From the NCBI GenBank assembly GCA_038207335.1, contig JBBQZX010000002.1, forward strand, positions 192,001 through 256,000: a stretch of DNA of 64,000 nucleotides. Reading direction: 5' to 3'. This DNA comes from Chthoniobacterales bacterium (lineage in GTDB: Bacteria; Verrucomicrobiota; Verrucomicrobiia; Chthoniobacterales; Chthoniobacteraceae). Below the pieces are notes generated by a model. It ran no database searches, was not told the origin of the DNA, and worked only from the letters and a program-made list of their open reading frames with translations. The position numbers were made by a program, and so were the translations under genes. This document shows, piece after piece, positions 9,210 through 19,843 of this stretch (position 1 is the first letter of the stretch; each line of letters opens with the position of its first letter).

Positions 9210-10598
9210 CTACTTTTCTAACGGCCCGAAAAAGGTGAGATAGACCCCACCATCGAGCACGCGCCCGACGTAAAGCGCCAGCTCCCGCGCGTGATAATCG
9301 CCCCACATGCTCGACTCGCCGCACGGCACCTTCCGACCCGGCGCGATGTAATCCCAGCCATTCGGCCGATGATAAACCGAGTGCAGCAACAGCCCCTGAT
9401 GATTCGGATCGGTGCTCAGATATGCCTCCGAAAAAAGCGTGTCCGCGATCGTCAATCCCGCGTGCCAGAAACGCCCGGCATCGCCATTCAATCCGCGTTT
9501 TCTCAAAAAATGTCCGAGCCGCAAAAGCCCCTGCGCCGCAATCGCCGCCGCCGAGCTATCGACCGGTTCGTGCTCGTTGAAAGGCTCCGCCGCTCGGTCG
9601 AGATAATTGCCCATCTTCATCAGCCCCGGCGCGCCCGTATCCCAGTACGGCACGCCATCCGTCGGCGTGTTCTCGATGTAAAAATCGCACGTCGCTTTCG
9701 CCGCGTTCAGCATCACTGCCTCGACCGCCTCTCGCCCGCCGACCCGCTCCAGCGCTTGATCCGCAAGCGTCGCGATCCATTCGAGCTGCTCCGCAAAGCC
9801 GCACATGATCCACGCCAGCCCGCGCGTCCATGTGGTGAACGCCGAATAGCCCTGCTGCGAGTTCGGGCACCGATGCGTGCCATCGTTCACATTGAAAATG
9901 CTCTCGTGCGCCACCCTCCCGCGCACGTCGTACGCGTCGCGCTTCGACCCGTAATAAACCGCCCACTTCGCAGTCGTCCGCGCGTGCTCGACGAGCCGCC
10001 GGAGCAGCGAAACTTTCTCATCCCGCTCACCCATGAGCACGTGCCCGAGCTGATGTGAAAGCGCTAGCGACCGCAGCGACCGAATCGTGTCGGCAAAAAG
10101 CGAATGCGGCCCATTGAACGAGTGAATGAACCCTTCGCCATTTGAAAGATGCGTCCAGCGCGTCGCCTGCACCGCGCCCGAGCATTTCAGCGCGAGCTCA
10201 TAAAGCTGCCGCTCCCGCTCGTCCGCCGCGATGCGCCCCTCGCGCATTAGCCGCCACAAATTTCCGTACGTGCTCACGTTATTGAAGCCGTGATCGTGCA
10301 CGCCGGTGTGCGTGATGTGATGCGCCATCCGCTCGATCGTCCTCTCCCGACCGAGTCGCAAAAACGACTGCTCCCCCGTCGCGTCGAATTGCAACAGCGC
10401 CGAGCCATACACGAATCCCTGCGTCCATTCCGTCCACCCGCGCGCCGTGTATCTGCCCGCGACCGTGAATACCGGCGTCGCCGCGCCCGGCTTCTCATCC
10501 GCGTCGATCGACCAGATTTTCGACGCCGAATGCTCCCACACCCGCCGCGCCTTGCGCTGCAAATCTTCGGGCCGCAAATCTTGGTTGATCCGGATCAT
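9210..10598 (-). CDS. GH88/unsaturated glucuronyl hydrolase-like (alpha/alpha)6 protein
   Basis: WTEWTQGF, HDHGF, TWTRGLAW..GF, VPYWD, DSSAAAIAA, WGDY. Confidence 0.8.
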   Translation of the reverse strand: MIRINQDLRPEDLQRKARRVWEHSASKIWSIDADEKPGAATPVFTVAGRYTARGWTEWTQGFVYGSALLQFDATGEQSFLRLGRERTIERMAHHITHTGVHDHGFNNVSTYGNLWRLMREGRIAADERERQLYELALKCSGAVQATRWTHLSNGEGFIHSFNGPHSLFADTIRSLRSLALSHQLGHVLMGERDEKVSLLRRLVEHARTTAKWAVYYGSKRDAYDVRGRVAHESIFNVNDGTHRCPNSQQGYSAFTTWTRGLAWIMCGFAEQLEWIATLADQALERVGGREAVEAVMLNAAKATCDFYIENTPTDGVPYWDTGAPGLMKMGNYLDRAAEPFNEHEPVDSSAAAIAAQGLLRLGHFLRKRGLNGDAGRFWHAGLTIADTLFSEAYLSTDPNHQGLLLHSVYHRPNGWDYIAPGRKVPCGESSMWGDYHARELALYVGRVLDGGVYLTFFGPLEK

Positions 10599-11384
10599 TT
10601 ACAGCGTCCTCAAATGGAACCCGCCATCGACGTGAAACACCTGCCCGGTCGAGTAGGGAAAATGTCCGCTAGCAATCGCGGTCACACATTTTCCGACATC
10701 GTCCACGCTACCCCAGCGATTGATCGGCGCAAATCCGCTCGCGAAAAGCGCGTCGTATTTCGCTTTCACCGGCCCCGTCATGTCCGTGTCGATCACGCCC
10801 GGCTGAATCTCGAAAACGCCGATCCCAAACTCCGCGAGCCGCACCGCGAAAAGCTTTGTCATCATCCCGATGCCGGCCTTAGTGATGCAGTAATCGCCGC
10901 GATTCGTGGAGACGGTGAATGCAGAAATGCTCGACACATTCACCACCGCTCGCGCGACTCCGTTGTCGATCGCGGGCGATTCCACCATCAGCTTCGCCGC
11001 AGCCTGCGTGAGGAAAAACGGCCCGCGCAAATTCACCCCGACGACGGTGTCAAAACTCTCCTCCGTCGCATCGAGAATGTCAGCGCGCCCCGGAGATGTG
11101 ATGCCCGCATTGTTCACCAGCAGATCGAGCCGCCCAAATTTCGTCCGCACGAAATCTACGACGCGCGCGCGATCTTCAGCGACCGAAACATCTCCCTGCA
11201 CGACCTCAACCGCCGCCTCATTCGCGCCCACCTCCCGGCATAAAGCGCGCGCGTCTTCAGCAGCTTGCGCATTAACCGCAAAGTTCAAAACGAGGTCATG
11301 CCGCCCCGCACGCGCGAGCGCGAGCGCGATCCCGCGACCGATGCCGCGCGACCCGCCGGTGATGAGTGCGACCCCGCGCCTCAT
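10599..11384 (-). CDS. Short-chain dehydrogenase/reductase
   Basis: ITGGSRGIG, LVNNAG, VSSIS, YCITK (YxxxK), VDGG. Confidence 0.93.
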   Translation of the reverse strand: MRRGVALITGGSRGIGRGIALALARAGRHDLVLNFAVNAQAAEDARALCREVGANEAAVEVVQGDVSVAEDRARVVDFVRTKFGRLDLLVNNAGITSPGRADILDATEESFDTVVGVNLRGPFFLTQAAAKLMVESPAIDNGVARAVVNVSSISAFTVSTNRGDYCITKAGIGMMTKLFAVRLAEFGIGVFEIQPGVIDTDMTGPVKAKYDALFASGFAPINRWGSVDDVGKCVTAIASGHFPYSTGQVFHVDGGFHLRTL

Positions 11385-11391
11385 CGCGAAA

Positions 11392-12255
11392 TCAAGCCGT
11401 GGCCGACGCGGCGATTTCCTCACCCACCATGTAGCGGATGAAGCTACGGATCGTCAGTCTCTCACCGAGCGCCTTGCTCTTTTCCTCAAGCAATTGGCTG
11501 ATCGACTGGTCTGGGTTCTTGATGAACGACTGATCCATCAAGCACGACTGGCTGTAAAATTTGTCCATCTTCCCATCGACGATTTTCTCGATGATGTTCG
11601 CCGGTTTTCCGGGCGGCACCTGCCCGCGATAAATCTCGCGCTCGCGATCCACCAGCGCCGGTGGCACCGCCGACCGATCGACGCTCACCGGATTCGCCGC
11701 CGCGATTTGCAACGTGATGTCCCGGACGAGCTGCTTGAAATCTTCGCTCTGCGCCGTCTCGTCCTTCTCCGCGCCGACCTCAACGAGCACGCCGACTTTT
11801 CCGCCCGTGTGAATGTAGGCAGCGACGAGCCCGTTGCCCTTCACCTCGATCCGGTCATGCCGACGAATCCGCACGTTCTCGCCGATCTTCTGCACCGCGG
11901 CGACGCGATCGCTCTCGACATCCGCACCTGGCTGCGTCGCGAACTTCTCCGCGATCTCATCCGAGAACGCCTTGAAGCTGTCGTTTTTCGCGACGAAGTC
12001 CGTCTCGCAATTCACCTCGACGAGCACGCCGACTTTCGCACCCGGCAAAATCGCCTGCGCGATCACGCCGTCCTTCGCTTCGCGATCCGCTTTTTTCGCC
12101 GCGCTTGCCGCGCCTTTTTTGCGCAGCACATCGATCGCCGCCTCGATGTCGCCGTTGGATTCCGCAAGCGCGCGCTTACATTCCATCAGACCGGCATTGG
12201 TCTTTTCGCGGAGGGTTTTGACGAGTTGGGCATCGATTACGACAGGTGTGCTCAT
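11392..12255 (-). CDS. tsf: Elongation factor Ts
   Basis: LREKTNAGLMECKRAL, VEVNCETDFVAKN, YIHTGGKVGVLVE. Confidence 0.99.
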   Translation of the reverse strand: MSTPVVIDAQLVKTLREKTNAGLMECKRALAESNGDIEAAIDVLRKKGAASAAKKADREAKDGVIAQAILPGAKVGVLVEVNCETDFVAKNDSFKAFSDEIAEKFATQPGADVESDRVAAVQKIGENVRIRRHDRIEVKGNGLVAAYIHTGGKVGVLVEVGAEKDETAQSEDFKQLVRDITLQIAAANPVSVDRSAVPPALVDREREIYRGQVPPGKPANIIEKIVDGKMDKFYSQSCLMDQSFIKNPDQSISQLLEEKSKALGERLTIRSFIRYMVGEEIAASATA

Positions 12256-12282
12256 GGGATAATTTTTTGGCTTGTTGGGGTT

Positions 12283-12321
12283 AAAAAAGCAGAGACGAGA
12301 GCGGTACGCCCTCGTCTCTGC
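12283..12321 (-). terminator. Intrinsic terminator/attenuator between rpsB and tsf
   Basis: 11-bp stem GCAGAGACGAG/CTCGTCTCTGC followed by T6 on the minus strand. Confidence 0.75.
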
Positions 12322-12341
12322 GGAAATGAAATGGACGGGGA

Positions 12342-13067
12342 TTACTCGCTGACGCCGGCGAGTTCCGCCTGTGCCTTCCGCGCGCTCGTGCCGCCGCCCG
12401 AAACGATCGCATCGACAACCTTTTGAAGGATGATGCGGATCGCGCGGATCGCGTCGTCATTTCCGGCGATCGGGTAGTCGATCAGCTCCGGGTCCGCATT
12501 GGTATCGACGATGGCGACGATCGGAATCTTGAGGCGCTTGGCCTCCGCGACCGCGATCGTTTCGCGCTGCGAGTCGATAATGACCATCGCATCCGGCAAC
12601 TTCTCCATACCGCGGATTCCCTCGAGATTGCGCTTCAGCTTCTCGCCCTCGCGACCCATCGCCGACAGCTCCTTTTTGCCCATCTTGCTGTAGATCGGGT
12701 TCTTCTCGATGTCCTCGATGTATTTGAGCCGCGCGATGCTTTTGCGGATCGTCGTGAGATTCGTGAGCGTGCCGCCGAGCCAGCGCTGATTCACGTAAAA
12801 TTGGCCGCAGGCCTGCGCCGCTTCCTTCACCGCTTCCTGCGCCTGCTTCTTGCAGCCCACGAAAAGAATCTTGCCGTTTTTCGCGGACACATCGCTGAGA
12901 AACTTCGTCGCTTCATCGAGCTGCTTCACCGTCGCGCCGAGGTCGATGATGTAGATGGCGTTGCGCTTCTCGAAAATGAACGGCTTCATTTTCGGGTTCC
13001 ACCGTTTGGTCTGGTGGCCAAAGTGGACCCCGGCTTCGAGGAGTTCCGTCATCAATTCTGTGGACAT
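12342..13067 (-). CDS. rpsB: 30S ribosomal protein S2
   Basis: [45 protein letters not shown]. Confidence 0.99.
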   Translation of the reverse strand: MSTELMTELLEAGVHFGHQTKRWNPKMKPFIFEKRNAIYIIDLGATVKQLDEATKFLSDVSAKNGKILFVGCKKQAQEAVKEAAQACGQFYVNQRWLGGTLTNLTTIRKSIARLKYIEDIEKNPIYSKMGKKELSAMGREGEKLKRNLEGIRGMEKLPDAMVIIDSQRETIAVAEAKRLKIPIVAIVDTNADPELIDYPIAGNDDAIRAIRIILQKVVDAIVSGGGTSARKAQAELAGVSE

Positions 13068-13101
13068 AAATAGTAGGCGTGCTTTTTGGAAAAGGGCGCG
13101 A

Positions 13102-13130
13102 AGTCTGCATCACCACCCCTTCGCGCGCAA
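13102..13130 (-). promoter_or_regulatory. Putative sigma70 promoter of rpsB-tsf
   Basis: TTGCGC, 17-nt spacer, CAGACT, followed by the same CCCTTTTCC motif as the rplM promoter. Confidence 0.45.
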
Positions 13131-13188
13131 GATAGATTTTGAGGTATTTTCCGTCTCAAAAATCGAGACAACTCAGGAAGTTCGGTTT

Positions 13189-15003
13189 CTAGAAATTGCC
13201 ACTGTTAAAATCGGTGCCAATGAAGTCCGTGCTATTGAAGTCCGTGCCGTCGAAGCTGCTGTCTGTGGAGTCGGGCAGCGGCACAGTGCCACTCGGAACC
13301 GTCGGCGTTGTCGGCCTCACGGGCGTTGTTTCGACAGTCGTCGCGATCTCGATGCTGCCGGAAAGCTCGTGCCCGAGGAATATGCCGTGGCCCGCGGACT
13401 GGCTCTGCAACAGCACTCCGTTGAATTTCGTCCGCTCGCGCCGGTCGCTGCCCGAATGAAACCGGCCGCTGAAATAGCCGGTCTTCCGATCCACCTTCAC
13501 ACTCACCGCATCGAGATCGGTGTCGAGCACCTGAAACTTGTCGTTCTCCGAAACCCGCACCTCATGCGTGAAACCCGTAACATCCCCACCGCTCGCGGTG
13601 ATGCTCGCGCGCGCCGCCTCGATATTTTTGCGTTGCAAAGACCGCTGATTTTTCTCCGGCGGCTCATACCGCGAACCACTCGCCGTGATGCTCGTGTCAA
13701 ATCCATCAGGGAAATACTTCGAGCTGCTGCTCTTCCGAGTCCACTCCGCCGATCCCGAGATCGTGTCCCCCAGATTCAGCGTCCCGCTCAAAGTCGATCC
13801 GTGACGCGTGACAAATATCGGCATTACTGGCGCGCTCGACGTTCCTCCGACAAACGCGGTCGCCGAAAACTCGCGCCCGTCACCCATCCGTCCGCGCACC
13901 TTCGCCTTGCCGGACTCACGCACTTTGACGGTCATCCAGCCATGCCCCTGCGGCAGAGTGCTCGTGGCGGAAACCGCCACCCCAGTCGTTGTATCAGTGC
14001 CGCGTGTGGCGCTCGATCCCGGAGGAAGATCGACGGTGTAACGTCCCGCGATCACCACTCTTCGTTCTTCGGAAATGCGCGCAACCTCCACCGTTGCTGT
14101 CCACATTCCTCCGCCGAAAGTCGCTTTGATCGTGTTGCTCGCAGAGCCCAATTCGATCTCCAAGCGGATAGGAATGAGCTGAGCGCCCGACACCGCGTTG
14201 CCCACAAAAATCCCGGCTGAATCGAACGCGCCGAAGAGCCCGTAGCTACTCTTCCCGATCTTCAATTTTCCAGAAAATGCGCCACTCTGCAACACATCGA
14301 GCGCGAGGTATCCGACGACAGCCCCGCTCTCATCCTTCACCAGCGCACCGTGCTCGCCGGCGCCGCCTACAAATGGAGCCCGAACCGTGACCGTGGCCGT
14401 TGCCGCGCTGCCGAACCCATCGACCGCCGTATAACTAAAACTGTCCAGCCCCGCGAATGTTGCGCTCGGCGAATAAACCACCTGCTTTCCAACAATTGTC
14501 GCGACTCCCGCGCTAGGCCGGCTCACTGCACTCAACTTGAGCAAGACACCGTCAGGATCGGAGTCATTGGCCAGCACAGCGATCGTTACACTTTCCACAG
14601 TTCGGATCATGACCGAGTCGGCCCGCAGGACGGGGCTTTTATTGGTCGTGAAAAAGGTAGAGTCCGCGGTGGTAGTCGTCGTCGTCCCATCCGTAAAAAC
14701 AAAGCGCTGATGGTAAATCGTATTCCCGGCGAGGCGCTCGAGTGTGGCCTCAACAGCCCGCGCAGCATCCGTCGAAGTAACCGCCACGGATGTTGTGTTC
14801 GAACCGTAGGCGATGGTCTTTCCATACTCGAAATAGACGGTGCCCGCCTGCCCGTCCGCAGTAAAAATGCTGTGCAAAGTGGCCTTCCCATCTTTGACGT
14901 TCGTAACCGCGGACTCAGAAAGCGTTGGTGCCGCAAAACTGGTCGGGCCGAGAAGTGCGATAACGCCGAGAATGATCGAGAAAAGGGAAAGGGCTCGTTT
15001 CAT
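13189..15003 (-). CDS. Secreted Ser/Thr/Gly-rich protein with FN3-like and cadherin/Ig-like (Big_9-type) domains
   Basis: Signal peptide MKRALSLFSIILGVIALLGPTSFA; VYFEYG..YGS; VLANDSDPDG...FAGLDSFSYTAVDG; C-terminal TDF repeats. Confidence 0.75.
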   Translation of the reverse strand: MKRALSLFSIILGVIALLGPTSFAAPTLSESAVTNVKDGKATLHSIFTADGQAGTVYFEYGKTIAYGSNTTSVAVTSTDAARAVEATLERLAGNTIYHQRFVFTDGTTTTTTADSTFFTTNKSPVLRADSVMIRTVESVTIAVLANDSDPDGVLLKLSAVSRPSAGVATIVGKQVVYSPSATFAGLDSFSYTAVDGFGSAATATVTVRAPFVGGAGEHGALVKDESGAVVGYLALDVLQSGAFSGKLKIGKSSYGLFGAFDSAGIFVGNAVSGAQLIPIRLEIELGSASNTIKATFGGGMWTATVEVARISEERRVVIAGRYTVDLPPGSSATRGTDTTTGVAVSATSTLPQGHGWMTVKVRESGKAKVRGRMGDGREFSATAFVGGTSSAPVMPIFVTRHGSTLSGTLNLGDTISGSAEWTRKSSSSKYFPDGFDTSITASGSRYEPPEKNQRSLQRKNIEAARASITASGGDVTGFTHEVRVSENDKFQVLDTDLDAVSVKVDRKTGYFSGRFHSGSDRRERTKFNGVLLQSQSAGHGIFLGHELSGSIEIATTVETTPVRPTTPTVPSGTVPLPDSTDSSFDGTDFNSTDFIGTDFNSGNF

Positions 15004-15076
15004 GGGGGAAGAACGCGAAGGGTTTGCAGATGCTCCGCCAACTTTGCCAACCAGCAAGCGGATTATAACGCGATGC

Positions 15077-15619
15077 TCACGCTACGCCGGCACGTGTCTC
15101 GACGAAACGCGCGTAGAGCCAGCAGAGATCGGAGAGCCGGTTGAGATAGCGCACGATCTCGGGATTTACCTTCGGATTCGCGGTGCCCATTTCGATTACC
15201 GCCCGCTCCGTCCGGCGGCAGACCGTCCTGGCGACATCCAGCGTGGCGCTCTCTCTCGTCGCTCCGGGCGTCGCCCAATGCTTGAAACTGATCTGATAGG
15301 ACTTCTCCAACTCGTCGATGCGCGCAGTCAACCGGTCAACCATCGCTGTATCCACCAACGTAAAGCCCGCCACCACATAACGCTCGTGGTCTTCCGCCGC
15401 CGTTCCGATTTCGCCCATCAAAGTCACCAACTCCTTTTGCACCGCGAAGAGATGATCGGTGACAAACGCATCCTCGCAAAACGCTCGCACCATCCCGAGC
15501 GCCGCGTTCAATTCATCGCATGCGCCATTCGCAACGATTCGCGGATCGGTCTTCATCACACGACGCCCAAACATGAGCGCCGTCGTTCCATCATCCCCAG
15601 TTTTTGTAGCGATCGACAT
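15077..15619 (-). CDS. Cob(I)alamin adenosyltransferase, PduO type
   Basis: IATKTGDDGTT, GACDELNAALG, ARTVCRRTER, YLNRLSDLCWLYAR. Confidence 0.93.
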   Translation of the reverse strand: MSIATKTGDDGTTALMFGRRVMKTDPRIVANGACDELNAALGMVRAFCEDAFVTDHLFAVQKELVTLMGEIGTAAEDHERYVVAGFTLVDTAMVDRLTARIDELEKSYQISFKHWATPGATRESATLDVARTVCRRTERAVIEMGTANPKVNPEIVRYLNRLSDLCWLYARFVETRAGVA

Positions 15620-15633
15620 ACAGCGAAACGAGT

Positions 15634-15692
15634 AGGGGTTGAGAGCGAGAGACTGGCTCTCGACCCCCAACCCCAAAACTCTAAACCTCGAC
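15634..15692. repeat. Degenerate heptamer palindrome between rpoC and the PduO-type gene
   Basis: GGGGTTGAGAGCGAGAG ... CTCTCGACCCCCAACCCC; resembles 8440-8530. Confidence 0.5.
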
Positions 15693-15696
15693 GAGC

Positions 15697-18600
15697 TTAG
15701 CCGACCGCCGGCTCTGGCTCTTCAATGGTCTCAGGCATGTCGTCGCCGAGCGCAATGATCTTCACATCCTTGTGGCCGGGGAAGCCGGTGCCCGCAGGGA
15801 TCAGATGACCCATGATGACGTTTTCCTTGAAGCCACGCAGATGATCGATGCGCCCGAGCGTCGCCGCTTCGGTAAGCACGCGCGTCGTGTCTTGGAAAGA
15901 CGCTGCCGAGATGAACGAGTCCGTCTCGAGCGAAGCCTTCGTAATACCTAGCAGCACCGGGACAGCTTCCGCGGGTTTGCCACCTTTCTCGACTACTTCT
16001 GCGTTTTCCTTCTCAAACGCTAGCTTGTCGATCTGGTCGCCCCACAGCAGCGAAGTATCGCCCGGCTCAGTGACCTTTACCTTGCGCAGCATCTGCCGCA
16101 CAATGATCTCGATGTGCTTGTCGGCGATCTCGACGCCTTGGAGGCGATAGACTTCCTGCACCTCGTTCACCATGTGCTCCTGAAGTTCCTGCGGTCCGCA
16201 GACATCGAGGATGTCATGCGGCGGCACAGGCCCGTCGGTGAGCTGCTGGCCTTTCTTCACAAAGTCACCCTTGAACACGATGATGTGCTTGTTCAGCGGC
16301 ACGAGATGCTCTTCCTCGGCCTCAGTCTCAGGGTCTTTGACGATGATCTTTCGCTTGCCACGGACAGTGCCGCCGATCTCGACGTTACCGTCGATCTTCG
16401 CGATCTCCGCCGCGTCTTTCGGACGCCGCGCCTCGAAGAGTTCGGCTACACGCGGCAGACCGCCGGTGATGTCCTTGGTCTTCGCGATCTTTCGCGGCGT
16501 TTTGGCGAGCAAGGCGCCTGCTTGAACCTTCTTGCCTTCCGCAACAGTTACGTGCGCGCCAGCCGGAATCGAGTAACTCGCGATGACTTCCTTGTTATCG
16601 CCGACCACGACGATCTGCGGATGCAAATCCTCTTTGTGCTCGATGACTACTGTGCCCATGACCCCGGTCGCTTCATCCACCTCACGGCGGACAGTGACAC
16701 CGCTGATCATGTCGCGGAACTCGATCTTGCCAGTCTTCTCGGTCAAGATCGGCACGTTATACGGATCCCATTGGACAAAGGTGTCACCTTTCTTCACAGC
16801 GCCACCATCGGGAAGGTTTATCACCGAACCGATGACCACGTTGTATTTCTCGATCTCCCGGCCTTCCTTATTGTGAACCGTGATGGAGCCGTTCTTGTTC
16901 AGGACGATCCAGTTTCCATCGAGCGCCTGCACCGTGCGCAAGTCATTGAAACGCACGTTGCCATCGTTCTTCGCTTTGATCACCGGCTGCTTGAACGTCT
17001 GTGACGCCGTGCCGCCAATGTGGAAGGTACGCATGGTAAGCTGGGTTCCAGGCTCGCCGATGGACTGCGCGGCAATGATGCCGACAGCTTCGCCGAGCTT
17101 CACCATCTGCCCGGTCGCGAGATTGCGTCCGTAGCATTTGATGCACGTCCCGCGCTTGCTCTCGCAGGTCAGCACTGAGCGGATTTTCATCTGCTCCACA
17201 CCGATGCGGCTGATCGCATTCGCGGTTACTTCGTCGATGAGTTGGTTCTTCTTGATGAGCGCGGTGTTCGTCACCGGGTCCTTGATGGTCTCACAGCTCA
17301 CGCGGCCATTGATGCGGGTCGCGAGTTCGACGACTTCTTCGTCACCCTCGTAAATCGACTTCACGATAATGCCGTTGACGGTGCCGCAATCTGGCTCGTT
17401 GATGATGACGTCTTGCGACGCATCGACGAGCTTGCGGGTCAGGTAGCCCGAATCCGCGGTTTTGAGCGCGGTATCGGCGAGACCTTTCCGCGCACCATGC
17501 GTGGAAATGAAGTATTCGAGAACGGTCAGACCTTCGCGGAAGTTCGACGTGATCGGGCGCTCGATGATTTCGCCAGAAGGCTTGGCCATGAGTCCCCGCA
17601 TTCCCGCGAGCTGCTTGACCTGCTGGCGATTGCCCCGCGCGCCGGAGTCCACCATGAGGAACACAGGGTTGAGCTCCTTGCGTCCTTCATTGTGCTCCAG
17701 AGTCCGGAACATGACGTTTGCGATCTCCTCACCGGCGTGAGTCCAGATATCGATGATCTTGTTGTAGCGCTCACCATCCGTGATGATGCCGCGACGGTAT
17801 TGCTTATCAACTTCGCCGATCTGCTTGTAGGCGCTGGCGAGTTCGACCTGCTTCTCCTTCGGAATAATCATGTCCTTGATTCCGATCGAGATGCCGGCGC
17901 GAGTCGCCCACGTGAAGCCCATCTCCTTCAAGTCATCGAGCATCGTGACAGTCGCCGGATGACCCGCCGCCTGATAGGTGCGAAAGATGATGTCGGAGAG
18001 CTGCTTCTTGCCGCAGGCTTTGTTGAAGAAGCCCACGCCCTTCGGCCAGATTTTGTTGAAGATGACACGCCCGGCTGTCGTCTCGATGACCTTTGCTTCG
18101 GAGTCGCCATAAACGCTCTTTTCGCCTAGATCGGGGTTCTTGTAGCGAATGCGGTCGTGGACTTTCACCGAGCCTTCCGACATGGCGAATTCCACCTCGT
18201 CGGCATTGGCAAACAAGGACAGGCGCTCTGGCTCCGCGGAGCCCACGAGTTTGCGTGGGTTCTGCGAGAGGTAGTAGCAGCCGAGCACGATGTCCTGCGA
18301 CGGCGTGGTGATCGGCTTGCCGCTCGAAGGCGAAAAGATGTTATTCGGCGCGAGCATGAGCATCCGCGCTTCCATCTGCGCTTCGACTGAAAGCGGCACA
18401 TGGACAGCCATCTGGTCGCCGTCGAAGTCGGCGTTGTAAGCCGTGCAGACGAGCGGATGAATGCGGATTGCTTCGCCCTCGATCAACTGCGGCTCGAAAG
18501 CTTGGATCGACAAGCGATGCAGCGTCGGCGCGCGGTTCAGAAGGACAGGGTGTCCCTTGGTCACTTCGTCGAGAATGTCCCAGACCTCCGGCGTCTGGCG

Positions 18601-19809
18601 CTCGATCATCTTCTTCGCGCTGCGAACGGTGTGGACGTAGCCCAGCTCTTTGAGCCGCCGAATGATGAACGGCTCGAACAACACGAGCGCCATCTTTTTC
18701 GGAAGACCGCATTGGTTAAGCTTCAACTCCGGCCCGATGACGATTACGGAACGGCCCGAGTAATCGACGCGCTTGCCAAGCAAGTTCTGGCGGAAGCGTC
18801 CGCCCTTACCCTTTAGCATGTCGGAGAGCGACTTGAGAGGACGGTTGCCCGCGCCGGTCACCGCACGGCCATGACGGCCATTGTCGAACAAGGCATCCAC
18901 AGCTTCCTGCAACATACGCTTCTCGTTCCGAATGATGACATCGGGAGTCTTGAGAAGGAGCAGGTTCTTGAGACGGTTGTTGCGATTGATGACGCGGCGA
19001 TACAAGTCATTGAGATCGCTCGTTGCAAACCGCCCGCCTTCGAGAGGCACTAGCGGACGCAGGTCCGGCGGGATGACGGGGAGCACTTCCAGAATCATCC
19101 ACTCAGGACGTGTGTGGGAGTTGGCGAAGCCTTGCGCGAGCTTGAGGCGCTTCGCGAGCTTCTTGCGGATTTGCTTGGAACGCGTGGTTCCCATCATCTC
19201 CTCGAGTTCGACTTGAAGCTCGGCCAAGTCAGCGAGCGAAAGGAGTTGACGAATCGCGTCGGCGCCCATTCCGGCGGTAAACGTCTCGCCGTATTGCTCC
19301 TGGGCTTCGCGATACTCCGTCTCGGTCAGAAGTTGTCCTTTTTGCAAAGGAGTCTGGCCGGGGTCGATCACGAGGTAGTCCTCGTAGTAGATCACGCGCT
19401 CGAGCTGGCGGCTCGACATGTCGAGCATGAGGCCGATGCGCGACGGCATGCACTTGTAGAACCAGATGTGGGTGACTGGCACGGCGAGTTCGATGTGGCC
19501 CATGCGCTCGCGACGGACGCGGGCGAGAGTCACTTCTACGCCGCACCGGTCACAGATGACACCTTTGTGCTTGATGCGCTTGTACTTGCCGCACGAGCAC
19601 TCCCAGTCCCGAGTCGGGCCGAAGATTCGCTCGCAGAAAAGGCCGCCCTTTTCCGGCTTGAAGGTCCGGTAGTTGATGGTCTCCGGGTTCTTGACTTCGC
19701 CGTGGCTCCACGAGCGGATGCTTTCGGGCGACGCGACGGTGATGCCGACTTGGTCAAAGCCGACTGCGCGTTCTTCGCCGATCAGTTCACGAAAATTAGT
19801 TTCGGACAT
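15697..19809 (-). CDS. rpoC: RNA polymerase beta' subunit
   Basis: N-terminal Zn ribbon, [25 protein letters not shown]. Confidence 0.99.
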   Translation of the reverse strand: MSETNFRELIGEERAVGFDQVGITVASPESIRSWSHGEVKNPETINYRTFKPEKGGLFCERIFGPTRDWECSCGKYKRIKHKGVICDRCGVEVTLARVRRERMGHIELAVPVTHIWFYKCMPSRIGLMLDMSSRQLERVIYYEDYLVIDPGQTPLQKGQLLTETEYREAQEQYGETFTAGMGADAIRQLLSLADLAELQVELEEMMGTTRSKQIRKKLAKRLKLAQGFANSHTRPEWMILEVLPVIPPDLRPLVPLEGGRFATSDLNDLYRRVINRNNRLKNLLLLKTPDVIIRNEKRMLQEAVDALFDNGRHGRAVTGAGNRPLKSLSDMLKGKGGRFRQNLLGKRVDYSGRSVIVIGPELKLNQCGLPKKMALVLFEPFIIRRLKELGYVHTVRSAKKMIERQTPEVWDILDEVTKGHPVLLNRAPTLHRLSIQAFEPQLIEGEAIRIHPLVCTAYNADFDGDQMAVHVPLSVEAQMEARMLMLAPNNIFSPSSGKPITTPSQDIVLGCYYLSQNPRKLVGSAEPERLSLFANADEVEFAMSEGSVKVHDRIRYKNPDLGEKSVYGDSEAKVIETTAGRVIFNKIWPKGVGFFNKACGKKQLSDIIFRTYQAAGHPATVTMLDDLKEMGFTWATRAGISIGIKDMIIPKEKQVELASAYKQIGEVDKQYRRGIITDGERYNKIIDIWTHAGEEIANVMFRTLEHNEGRKELNPVFLMVDSGARGNRQQVKQLAGMRGLMAKPSGEIIERPITSNFREGLTVLEYFISTHGARKGLADTALKTADSGYLTRKLVDASQDVIINEPDCGTVNGIIVKSIYEGDEEVVELATRINGRVSCETIKDPVTNTALIKKNQLIDEVTANAISRIGVEQMKIRSVLTCESKRGTCIKCYGRNLATGQMVKLGEAVGIIAAQSIGEPGTQLTMRTFHIGGTASQTFKQPVIKAKNDGNVRFNDLRTVQALDGNWIVLNKNGSITVHNKEGREIEKYNVVIGSVINLPDGGAVKKGDTFVQWDPYNVPILTEKTGKIEFRDMISGVTVRREVDEATGVMGTVVIEHKEDLHPQIVVVGDNKEVIASYSIPAGAHVTVAEGKKVQAGALLAKTPRKIAKTKDITGGLPRVAELFEARRPKDAAEIAKIDGNVEIGGTVRGKRKIIVKDPETEAEEEHLVPLNKHIIVFKGDFVKKGQQLTDGPVPPHDILDVCGPQELQEHMVNEVQEVYRLQGVEIADKHIEIIVRQMLRKVKVTEPGDTSLLWGDQIDKLAFEKENAEVVEKGGKPAEAVPVLLGITKASLETDSFISAASFQDTTRVLTEAATLGRIDHLRGFKENVIMGHLIPAGTGFPGHKDVKIIALGDDMPETIEEPEPAVG

Positions 19810-19843
19810 AAGTTGAAATAGCTAGTTGGGACGAGGCGGTGAG

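Noticed and set aside
15077..15697. PduO-type gene after rpoC as a functional link to transcription
   Set aside because: No other cobalamin genes or riboswitch seen; adjacency alone is uninformative
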